Virus record (IMG/VR): IMGVR_UViG_3300044470_000064
Location: 1 to 52,491 of that record
Source of the DNA: a virus
Lineage: Duplodnaviria > Caudoviricetes
Length of the DNA stretch: 52,491 nt
Reading direction: 5' to 3' (one strand)
The notes under the pieces were generated by a model. The model did no database searches. It saw only the letters and a program-made list of their open reading frames with translations, and was not told the origin of the DNA. Made by a program: the position numbers and the translations under genes. Positions 44,585 to 52,491 of this stretch are shown here, piece by piece (position 1 is the first letter of the stretch; each line of letters opens with the position of its first letter).

Positions 44585-47500
44585 TTGGCCACGTATGGAT
44601 CGACGCCCTCCTGGTCGAACTGGGCCTACTATGGCTCCGGTGTTGCCAACCAGGCCTCCACCGGAATCCTCACCATGCCCCAGGATGGCATCATCACGAC
44701 CGTCGTCATCTATGTCAACACCTACTCTGGCAGCACAACCTTCTATGGCTGCGTGTGGAACTCCGGCGGCGCGCTCATCTGCAATGGCAATGGTGTTGGC
44801 TCTGGCGCTGGCTCGCAGTCTGTCGGTGGCCAGAGCTGGCTGACCGATAACGTCAGTGGTGCCCCATACATCGCTGGCGGGACGCAGATACAGATAGGAT
44901 GGACACGACCCTCCGGGGCCTCGATGCTGTTCTCGTTCAACTCGGGTGGAACTGGATACGTGATGTCGGGTGGCGACCCGGGATCTACGGGTTCTTGGGT
45001 GAGCAGGGGCGCCATCGGGGCCTATATCGTCTACACCCCCATAGCCAACCCGACCGCTACGACCAACGCAGCCACTGGCGTCACGTCCACGACGGCTACG
45101 CTCAACGGCTCCGTAGGAGACGGTGGCCTTGGGGCGGCGGGCGGCGGAAGTACAACCTGCGACTTCAACATCAATACATCACCATCGGGGGGAACTCCAG
45201 TCGGAGCTTCGCCTAGTAGTTTTAGCGGTTCTGCTAATCCGACTGGTTCGGTCACTGGTCTTACGCCGAACACCACCTACTACTTCAACGTCGCAGCCTG
45301 GAACGGGGTTGGCACCACATACGGAAACTGGGTTAATTTCACCACGAACGGCCTGCCGAATGCGCCCACGCTGACAGCGCCGACAAACGGCAATGCGCAG
45401 AACTGCGTCACTGGGGGCGCCACTTTCTCGTGGACGTATCACAACGGCGGAGCGTCCGGAGCGCAGCTCGACTACTCGCTCCAAGTTACGCCACCCGGTT
45501 ACGCCGCCTACTACTGGACGGGCTCCGCATGGACCACGACGCAGACGTGGGTTTCGTCCTCGGCTGGTTCAGTGACGATCACGGCCGCCCAGTGGAACAC
45601 GCTGCCGATCGTGGTGGGGACGTTCGCCTGGACGGTGGCCAACCAGGACGCAGGAGGGGAAGGGCCGTATGCCTCGCCATTCACGCTGATCTCCGAAGGC
45701 CCCCCGAACGCCCCAACACTGGGTGTACCCGCATCTGGCACCTACCTGGATCTCTCGGGCACGCCGACATTCTCGTGGACGTACAGCCCGAGCAACGCGA
45801 CGGGCGGGCAGCTTGCTTGGGCGATGCGCCGGCGTGTTGGCGGTGGCGCCTATGTCTACTGGAACGCCGGGTCGCTGGCGTGGCAGTCCACCATCGTCTG
45901 GAACTCGGGCGCGGGTCAGTCATATACCTTCCCCGCCGCGTCTTGGACGGACGGCTCGACCTACTCATGGTCCGTCGCCAACGAGGACGCAGGCGGCGGG
46001 GGCGTGTCTCCTGCGTTTGCGGCCGACTTCTCCGTGGTGGCCATGGCCCCGCCCACCGTCTCCGTCTCTGAGCCAACAGGAACGCAAACCACACAGTCGC
46101 CCATCGCCATATGGGCCGTCACGCCCGCCACGGGGGCTGCCCAGACGGCGTGGCAAGTCAGGACATTCACCGCCGCGCAGTACGGTGCGGGTGGGTTCAA
46201 CCCCGCAACATCCGCAGCGGTGGATGATTCTGGGGTCGTATCTAACGCGAACACGAGCTACCAGATCGCTGCGGCGCTTCCCCCAGCAACCACCTACCGC
46301 AGCTACGTCAACAGCACCGAGACGGGGGGCGAGAGCAACAACTTCAACGCTTACGGTGGGTACACGGTCGCTCTGGACCTGCCGCCTACCCCGACGCTGA
46401 CGGCGACGGCTACGCAGGACACCACCTCCCTTCCCGGGGACGGGGCGATGTCGAGCTTCTACCTCCCCATGATCCAACTCGTGGCGCAGGCTTCGCTCAA
46501 CATGCTGTCGGCGGTGGATTCGTCCTTTGAGAGTGGGGTCGGTTCGTTCACCGGGACGCTCTGCACCCTAACGCAATCGGCCACGAAGTACCTGGACGGC
46601 GCCTACTCGCTGAAGATGGTGGCCAACAGCACCACGGGCTCAATGTCTGCGGCCTCGACGTACTACGCTTGCCAGCCCAACACGTCGTACACGGCGCTGG
46701 GCAGTTTCCTGCCCGGTACGACCTCCCGCGGCGTTACGCTCGGGTTGCACTGGTTCACCTCGGGCGACGTGTCCATCTCCACCTCGACGGGATCGCCCGT
46801 GACGGAGGCAACGTCTGCCGTCTGGACACAGGCGAGTGTCACTGCTGCATCTCCGGCAAACGCTGCCTATTTCCAAGTGGTCGTCTCGGTTACCTCCGTG
46901 GCCAATGCCGAGGTTCACTACGTCGATGAGGTCGGGGTGTTCCCTGGCACCGTCTCGACGTGGACCGTCGGCGGTCTGTTGGGATCGGCCGGCATCGTTA
47001 TCCTGCGCTCTGACGGTGTGTACGTCCGCAACGCCTCCGTCGCCAATCCAGCGATCATCCCATCCACGACGCAGAGCGTGGCCGTCAACGACTATGAGGT
47101 TATCCCCGGGGTCGCGTACACCTACCAGGCGCTGGTTCAGGCCACCGAGGGCAGCAGCACCGTCCAGTCTACGTACTGTGCTCCCGTGGGCGCCGCCATC
47201 TCGACGGGCCTAGGATTCTGGGAGTTCGACCCGCTCAACCCTGCCGCGTCTGCCACCCCCGCGCAACCTACGGGGTGGAACCCCTCGCAGATCATCCAGT
47301 CCACGGCCCACCCTGTGCTCGGGCAGACGACCATGAACCTCGTGCAATACGCGGTGCAGCAGCCGGACTTCTCGGCCACGTTCGAGACGTTCAGCAACGC
47401 CACGTACAACGCGTTCAAGGCGCTGACGCTTTCGCAGCGTACCGTGTTCGTCTCGCAGCCCTACGGGGAAGGACCGTACTACTTCAACCTCGCGCCCCAG

Positions 47501-47626
47501 CCTGGCGGAGGCGGAGGCGGCAGCGGCAACACCGCGCACAGCACGAACCTGTACCCATCGGCTCCGGGTGCTCCGATGCGTTCCGTGGCCGTGACTGCCA
47601 TCGGCGCGCCGAGACCAGCGGTCTAG
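44585..47626 (+). CDS. Minor tail protein with FN3/Ig-like repeats and a carbohydrate-binding-like domain
   Basis: TGLTPNTTYYF, repeated PNAPTL..P, SFESG...YVDEV CBM-like; TTG start behind GGGAGGA. Confidence 0.8.
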   Translation: MATYGSTPSWSNWAYYGSGVANQASTGILTMPQDGIITTVVIYVNTYSGSTTFYGCVWNSGGALICNGNGVGSGAGSQSVGGQSWLTDNVSGAPYIAGGTQIQIGWTRPSGASMLFSFNSGGTGYVMSGGDPGSTGSWVSRGAIGAYIVYTPIANPTATTNAATGVTSTTATLNGSVGDGGLGAAGGGSTTCDFNINTSPSGGTPVGASPSSFSGSANPTGSVTGLTPNTTYYFNVAAWNGVGTTYGNWVNFTTNGLPNAPTLTAPTNGNAQNCVTGGATFSWTYHNGGASGAQLDYSLQVTPPGYAAYYWTGSAWTTTQTWVSSSAGSVTITAAQWNTLPIVVGTFAWTVANQDAGGEGPYASPFTLISEGPPNAPTLGVPASGTYLDLSGTPTFSWTYSPSNATGGQLAWAMRRRVGGGAYVYWNAGSLAWQSTIVWNSGAGQSYTFPAASWTDGSTYSWSVANEDAGGGGVSPAFAADFSVVAMAPPTVSVSEPTGTQTTQSPIAIWAVTPATGAAQTAWQVRTFTAAQYGAGGFNPATSAAVDDSGVVSNANTSYQIAAALPPATTYRSYVNSTETGGESNNFNAYGGYTVALDLPPTPTLTATATQDTTSLPGDGAMSSFYLPMIQLVAQASLNMLSAVDSSFESGVGSFTGTLCTLTQSATKYLDGAYSLKMVANSTTGSMSAASTYYACQPNTSYTALGSFLPGTTSRGVTLGLHWFTSGDVSISTSTGSPVTEATSAVWTQASVTAASPANAAYFQVVVSVTSVANAEVHYVDEVGVFPGTVSTWTVGGLLGSAGIVILRSDGVYVRNASVANPAIIPSTTQSVAVNDYEVIPGVAYTYQALVQATEGSSTVQSTYCAPVGAAISTGLGFWEFDPLNPAASATPAQPTGWNPSQIIQSTAHPVLGQTTMNLVQYAVQQPDFSATFETFSNATYNAFKALTLSQRTVFVSQPYGEGPYYFNLAPQPGGGGGGSGNTAHSTNLYPSAPGAPMRSVAVTAIGAPRPAV

Positions 47627-47637
47627 GAGGAAGCACC

Positions 47638-48933
47638 ACGTTCCCGTTGAGCAACGGCTTCATCGACGCCCTCCGTTGGGGGTCCAACCTCCGGGCCGCA
47701 CAGTTGACGCTGTGGAGCAACAACGCGCTGACGACCATCACGCTGCCCGTGAGCGCGGGATCGTTCACCGCTGATCGCAACTCCGAACAGCGGCGTACCG
47801 GCTCGCTGACGGTCGAGTTCGTCCCCAGCGTACCGCCGCAACAGGTGACGCTCAACGGGACGGCGGGGAACCAGATGCCCCTTATCCCCTCGGACCCTCT
47901 GGCCCCGTTCGGCAACGAGGTGCAGGTATCCCTCACTTGCATCTGCCCCGACATCGGACAGACGGTGCAGGGCCAGAATGGTTGGGTGCCCATCGGGACG
48001 TTCCCCATCGCCACCACGACAGCGGGAGACATCGGCGCGGACTTCGCGGTGACGTTGGAACTCTACGATCGCTCGTGGCCGTTCTCGCAGTGGGCGCTCA
48101 AGAGCAACTACACAGTGCCCAACGCTGACGGCTCGCTACGCGGCGAGGTGATCGCGCTCCTATCCTCCATCTGGAACACGAACGGCCCCGGCGCGGGTGG
48201 CGCAAGCGTCCCGACATGGATCAGCGCCCCGTCCTTCTCGGGCACTAGCGCGTGGGCGTGTCCGGCGGGGGTGTACCAGCAGGGGCAGGACCCATGGAAG
48301 GCGTGTCTCGACATGGCCGCCAGCGCGGGCTACGAGCTGTTCTTCGACGTGAACGGTCTGCTCACCCTAAAGCCGACCCCGGGTAGCCCCGCAGGCGGAC
48401 TACTGAGCAACCTGTCGGTCAACTGGAACCTCAACCCGGCCGAAGTCTCCGCCAGCACGGGGGAACTTCACCCCGTCTCCGGCTCGCCCTACAGCACGCC
48501 CTCTGCCGTGACGCTCTCGATGACCCGAAACGGTATCACCAACGACGTGTTCGTCTCCGCGACGGGGCCGAACAATGCGACCACCACCACCCCGGTACAG
48601 GCTGAGGCGTTCGACAACAACCCACTGAGCCCGACGTATGTTCTCGGCGGGATGGGGGACGTGCCCAGCTTCATATCGGACAGCCTCATCACCAGTTCGG
48701 CGCAGGCGGGCGTCGAGGCGCAGTACGACCTCGCGGTGTCGTTGGCGTCTTCGCGGACGCTGACAGTGATCCTACCCCCCGTACCGCAGTTCGACATTGA
48801 CGACGTGGTGGCCGTCACCGACCCACGGCTTGCCCTCAACGCGCAGCCGTTCATCGTGGACACCCTCAGCGTGGGGTTGCACCACGCCGACACCACCACG
48901 CTCTCTGGGCGCGTCATCGTGGCAGGATCATGA
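47638..48933 (+). CDS. Minor tail / baseplate hub protein (DUF5047-like)
   Basis: AGSFTADRNSEQRRTGSL, LAPFGNE, WVPIG.F, LFFD..G, NDV.V; best start is ACG 47638 behind AGGAGG (TTG 47647 alternative). Confidence 0.75.
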   Translation, partial: TFPLSNGFIDALRWGSNLRAAQLTLWSNNALTTITLPVSAGSFTADRNSEQRRTGSLTVEFVPSVPPQQVTLNGTAGNQMPLIPSDPLAPFGNEVQVSLTCICPDIGQTVQGQNGWVPIGTFPIATTTAGDIGADFAVTLELYDRSWPFSQWALKSNYTVPNADGSLRGEVIALLSSIWNTNGPGAGGASVPTWISAPSFSGTSAWACPAGVYQQGQDPWKACLDMAASAGYELFFDVNGLLTLKPTPGSPAGGLLSNLSVNWNLNPAEVSASTGELHPVSGSPYSTPSAVTLSMTRNGITNDVFVSATGPNNATTTTPVQAEAFDNNPLSPTYVLGGMGDVPSFISDSLITSSAQAGVEAQYDLAVSLASSRTLTVILPPVPQFDIDDVVAVTDPRLALNAQPFIVDTLSVGLHHADTTTLSGRVIVAGS

Positions 48934-49712
48934 GCGCCATTGACATCGCCCGTGGACTGACGCAACTTCGCCCCGATTGGAACATCGACGGCCCGTACCA
49001 GTTCGGTGAGATTGGGGCCGTGGGGGCACACGGTGCCAACACCGTGGACGTCTACTTGGACGGCTCGACGTCACTAACCACGGGGCTACACTACAGCGCC
49101 GACTACGGCCCCCAAGTGAACGACCCTGTGATGATTGGGCGTATGCAGGGCTCGTCACAGTCGGCCCGGTTTGTGCTCGGTCCTCTGGCCCCCGGTGGAA
49201 CGATCCACGGCGGCCCACCCACTAGCACACCGTATGCAGGCGCCCGCATCTTCGACACCAAGTACGGCGTGACGTGGTGGTACGACGGGAGCGCATGGCA
49301 CGCCAACGGGCCAGGGCTCATCACGGCGAGGATGTACCTCTCCACCAACACGGCCCTGAACTACCAGACGATTCCGTTTGACCAGAGCACGTTGGGCGGC
49401 GCGTATGATCCGTTGACCCTCTGCACGACGGGAGTTGCCGCCAAGTTCACCTGCCCGATTGCAGGACAGTATCGTGTGACGGTCAACCTCGTCACAACCA
49501 CCGCCGGGAACTTCGGCGGCGCGATCTTCCACAATGGGGCTCTGGCTCAGATCGGCGGCGGCAACAGTAGTAGTACCGGGAGCACTGTCGCGGTAGCGAC
49601 CCTCACGTGTGCCGCAACAGATACGCTACAGGGTTGGATGGGTTACGCCCCCGGAACGGCCGGCGGCGGCGCCGCGTACACGAGTATGGAAGTGGAATTC
49701 GTCTCCTCATGA
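48930..49712 (+). CDS. Minor tail protein with C-terminal C1q-like domain
   Basis: TIPFD....YDP, KFTCPIAGQYRVT, TDTLQ. Confidence 0.7.
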   Translation: MSAIDIARGLTQLRPDWNIDGPYQFGEIGAVGAHGANTVDVYLDGSTSLTTGLHYSADYGPQVNDPVMIGRMQGSSQSARFVLGPLAPGGTIHGGPPTSTPYAGARIFDTKYGVTWWYDGSAWHANGPGLITARMYLSTNTALNYQTIPFDQSTLGGAYDPLTLCTTGVAAKFTCPIAGQYRVTVNLVTTTAGNFGGAIFHNGALAQIGGGNSSSTGSTVAVATLTCAATDTLQGWMGYAPGTAGGGAAYTSMEVEFVSS

Positions 49713-49858
49713 CCACCACCGTCATGCTCGAACTCTGGGTAGACGCTTCGGGTTACCAGCCCAGCACCAACTGGGCACAGGTCAAGGCTGACGGCGTAGA
49801 CGGCGCGATCGCCAAGTGCAACGAGATGCACATTCACCACTTCCAAGGAGACCGCTAA
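49709..49858 (+). pseudogene. Truncated GH25 muramidase N-terminus
   Basis: [29 protein letters not shown] then a stop. Confidence 0.7.
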
Positions 49859-49859
49859 C

Positions 49860-51107
49860 GTGAACTGGATCGCTCAACTCCTCCGACTGATCGCGTCCTG
49901 GTTCACCAGGCCGACGCCGAAGCCTGCGCCAACGCCCGTTCCGACGCCAACCCCCACGCCGACGCCCACACCTGTGCCGGTGCCGGTCCCCACGCCGGTG
50001 CCGACGCCTGTGCCGACCCCCACCCCAGTGCCGACACCCGTGCCGGTCCCAACCCCCACTCCGGTGCCAACGCCCGTGCCCGTCCCTGCGCCAACGCCGA
50101 CCCCCACGCCGACCCCGGTGCCAACGCCGGTCCCCGGCGTTCCCGGCATCGACGCCGAGATGATCGACACCCTCCCGGCGGACGTTCTCGCTGAGGCGCA
50201 GGTGATCTTCTTCTACGGCTCCCCGTTCGGTTCCACGCAGGGACCGGCCCGGGTCACCCCTGCCGCCTTCGTGGCCCAGCAGGCCGCTGCTGGGAAGGCC
50301 ATCTGGGGCGGGTATTTTCCCGGATCTGACCCGGCATCTGCTCTGGCCGAGGCGGAAGCAGCGCCGCGGGACACCGGCGTGTGGGTGGACCTAGAGCCGG
50401 AGGTCGAGGCCGACGAGCAGAGCCTCGCGTGGTGCGCCGCCTTCGGTGACTTCATGCTCGCCAACGGGATGCCCTGTGGGATCTACTCGCACGAGGGCAC
50501 CTGCGCCGACCTCGCTGGCCACTTTAGCGCCCAGTGGTGGGACGGCCAGCCTCAGCCGACCAGCCTTCCCTCGGCGACCGCGATCCAGTACGGTCAACAG
50601 ACCGCGAGCAACGGGGTGCCCTTCGACCGCGACGCCTGCGACGCCTACTTCCTCGATCCCCCAGCCCCGGTCGCGACGATCCAGCAGGACCTCGTCGCCT
50701 ACGTCTCGACGCACCTCGGGACCGAGGTCGACGTTCCAGGGTGGCCCGGCCCGAATGACCCCGAGTGCACCGACTGGGCGCTCTCGTGGTTCCTGCACCG
50801 AGGTGGCAATGGTGGACTGGTTCACGGTAACGCCGTCGCGTGGGCCGGCCAGGACTGGACCGCCTCCGGTTGGGTATGGGTGGCCAACACCCCGACCAAC
50901 ATGCCGAGCATCGGCGACATCGTCACCTGGGGCCCGACCCCGAGCCTGGGGATCGGCGCCGCCGGCCACACCGGCATCGTGTACGACAACGTCACGGTGA
51001 TGAGCCTTGAGACGGCCGACCAGAACTGGGGCGCGAACCGCGACGTGGAGCTGGAGACGCACAGCTACGTCGGCGTTCTCGGCTGGCACACGCCGAGTAA
51101 GCCATGA
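49860..51107 (+). CDS. Endolysin: amphipathic N-terminus, Pro/Thr/Val repeat, degenerate GH25-like domain, CHAP domain
   Basis: WVDLE, GIYS, IQY...FDRD; ECTDWA, GNA..W, GDIV.W, GHTGIV, DQNW. Confidence 0.8.
   Translation: MNWIAQLLRLIASWFTRPTPKPAPTPVPTPTPTPTPTPVPVPVPTPVPTPVPTPTPVPTPVPVPTPTPVPTPVPVPAPTPTPTPTPVPTPVPGVPGIDAEMIDTLPADVLAEAQVIFFYGSPFGSTQGPARVTPAAFVAQQAAAGKAIWGGYFPGSDPASALAEAEAAPRDTGVWVDLEPEVEADEQSLAWCAAFGDFMLANGMPCGIYSHEGTCADLAGHFSAQWWDGQPQPTSLPSATAIQYGQQTASNGVPFDRDACDAYFLDPPAPVATIQQDLVAYVSTHLGTEVDVPGWPGPNDPECTDWALSWFLHRGGNGGLVHGNAVAWAGQDWTASGWVWVANTPTNMPSIGDIVTWGPTPSLGIGAAGHTGIVYDNVTVMSLETADQNWGANRDVELETHSYVGVLGWHTPSKP
49911..50136 (+). repeat. Coding (PT/PV)n low-complexity repeat
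   Basis: About 75 codons of alternating Pro. Confidence 0.85.
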
Positions 51108-51595
51108 CGCAGCCCATCGGAGAGCGTGTCGCATCCCTAGAAGCGAGCGTCAACGCTTTCCACACGGTCACGGGGTCCGCCCTCCAGAAGCTCGCTGAGG
51201 GGCAGGAGGGCATCGCCAGCGAGGCGCGGGCGGCGAGCAAGGACGCCCGCCTGGCCGTGACCGCTGCGGAGAAGGCGGCCGATTCGGCGGCCAAGGCGCA
51301 CGACGTTGACCTCTTGGTCCATCAGCAAGTCCGCGAACTCAAGGTGGTCACGGCCAACGTCAAGGCGAGGATGGACGACCTCTCGCTGAACGGCCACGGC
51401 CCCGATCTCAAGGCGTTCGTCACTGATGACCTCCCGGTCGTCCGCGAACTCGTCCAGCAGGCGAAGGATCAGGCTGCCGCCAAGCGCGTTCGCGAGGCTA
51501 GCTGGTACTGGTGGGCGGCTAAGTGGACGGGCAGAGTGTTGGTTCCCGCCGCTCTCGGTGCTGGCCTGTTCGTTCTGTTCTCCCACATCCTGTAG
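51104..51595 (+). CDS. Coiled-coil protein with C-terminal TM (lysis-associated candidate)
   Basis: ATGA overlap with endolysin; ERVASLE, C-terminal hydrophobic helix. Confidence 0.65.
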   Translation: MTQPIGERVASLEASVNAFHTVTGSALQKLAEGQEGIASEARAASKDARLAVTAAEKAADSAAKAHDVDLLVHQQVRELKVVTANVKARMDDLSLNGHGPDLKAFVTDDLPVVRELVQQAKDQAAAKRVREASWYWWAAKWTGRVLVPAALGAGLFVLFSHIL

Positions 51596-51608
51596 TCCGC
51601 CGTCGCGG

Positions 51609-51669
51609 CAAGCCCCGAGGCTTGATTCACCCGAGTTCTAGCCTCTAGCCTTGCCCACGACCGTGGGCA
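51609..51669. terminator. Hairpins between convergent operons
   Basis: CAAGCC-ccga-GGCTTG (51609-51624) and TGCCCACG-ac-CGTGGGCA (51652-51669); weak U-tracts. Confidence 0.4.
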
Positions 51670-51698
51670 TTAGTACACAACACGCACAATCCTAGCAC

Positions 51699-51956
51699 TT
51701 ATGCCCCCGTTAGCGAGCAATCGTCATATTCACGGCGACAGTGAATCATGGCGTTCCAGTGAACATGCCCTCCCTTCCCGCGGCCCTCCTGCTCAATGCG
51801 AGTGGGGGGGCCGTTTCCTGTTTCTGCCGAGTGTATCGCCTCGATGATCCTGAGCGCGTCCCGAAACTCCTTGCGCTGTTCCTCCGCGATCTCCTCACGG
51901 GTGTGGGCGTGTGGGCGTTCGGTGAGTTGCACTCCGCCGCAGGTCGGGCAGATCAT
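51699..51956 (-). CDS. Hypothetical protein
   Basis: MICPTCGG; last gene of the leftward block. Confidence 0.55.
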   Translation of the reverse strand: MICPTCGGVQLTERPHAHTREEIAEEQRKEFRDALRIIEAIHSAETGNGPPTRIEQEGRGKGGHVHWNAMIHCRREYDDCSLTGA

Positions 51957-51978
51957 GCTTGGGTCTGATAGTCGGTGC

Positions 51979-52197
51979 TCACCAGTCTCCGCCGTCCGCT
52001 GGGATGTCGATGCGGGCGACGATGGCGTCCTGATCCATCCCCCTGTCGAGTCCGATCAGGCGCCTCCCGTCGGGGCCATACCGCATGACGCAGAGTCGGC
52101 TGTCCGCTGCGAAGACCCACAGGTCGTCACGCGGCCAGATAGCGGCTGCCTTCTCTAACAGACGAATCGCCGCCTTCCGGCGCGCTTCAGTGCTCAT
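51979..52197 (-). CDS. Hypothetical protein
   Basis: GGAG SD, ATGA overlap; C-terminal DGGDW. Confidence 0.7.
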   Translation of the reverse strand: MSTEARRKAAIRLLEKAAAIWPRDDLWVFAADSRLCVMRYGPDGRRLIGLDRGMDQDAIVARIDIPADGGDW

Positions 52198-52466
52198 GGT
52201 TGCTCCCGATAGTCGGTGTTGGCCGGGGGGTTATCAGCGGTCACGTTGAGACAGCCAACGTGGCCGTCACCGAGGTCTCGCTGCATCTGGGCGTCGAGGG
52301 CTCTCTCCAGCCACGCTGCGACTGTCGGGTCCTTCTCGATGCGCTCTCCGCACTCCGCGCAGAGCTGCTCACCCGCCTTCGTGTGGTACCGGCTCATCGA
52401 CTTGGTCCCGCACAGGTAGCAGGGGTCGAGATACTCGGAAGGATTCGCGACAGGCTGCGGACTCAC
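52194..52466 (-). CDS. Hypothetical Zn-finger protein
   Basis: CYLC...LCAEC; GGAG SD. Confidence 0.65.
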   Translation of the reverse strand: MSPQPVANPSEYLDPCYLCGTKSMSRYHTKAGEQLCAECGERIEKDPTVAAWLERALDAQMQRDLGDGHVGCLNVTADNPPANTDYREQP

Positions 52467-52491
52467 GTCTCTGTCTCCAGGGACGCTAGAG

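Noticed and set aside
52474-52491. Proof of a circular or complete genome; the last 18 nt (minus strand) also match 15257-15274
   Set aside because: Gene orientation is compatible with joining the ends, but there is no terminal repeat beyond 3 nt, and the 18-nt match may only reflect similar gene ends (LASLE)
1-52491. Integrase, att sites, tRNAs, reverse transcriptase/DGR, inteins
   Set aside because: No supporting motifs found by eye; lifestyle cannot be assigned

Overview
High-GC tailed-phage (siphovirus-type) sequence, probably most or all of one genome; the host cannot be determined, although leaderless promoters and gene content suggest an Actinomycetota/Chloroflexota-like soil bacterium. 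Minus strand 1-6120: replication/recombination arm (RusA-like protein, DNA methyltransferase, SNF2 helicase, replication initiator, HTH). Divergent promoters at about 6120-6224. Plus strand: accessory genes, TerS/TerL, portal, MuF, a GH5 glycoside hydrolase, head genes, a glycosyltransferase/sugar-modification cluster, tail genes and lysis genes, followed by small minus-strand genes. No integrase, tRNA, rRNA or classical CRISPR array was seen. The most striking feature is a self-contained antisense cassette (20876-22362) between the portal and MuF coding regions: a sigma70-type promoter, a stand-alone Cas7/RAMP-like gene, a translationally coupled accessory gene, and a 297-nt non-coding array of 54 GGY-NN pentamers divided into six units. 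It looks like an RNA-guided system with a gapped dinucleotide code. From memory (unverified here) it resembles the recently reported VIPR systems. One duplicated guide unit matches, in gapped register, the portal sequence about 45 bp from the array. All protein calls come from motif recognition by eye, not database searches.
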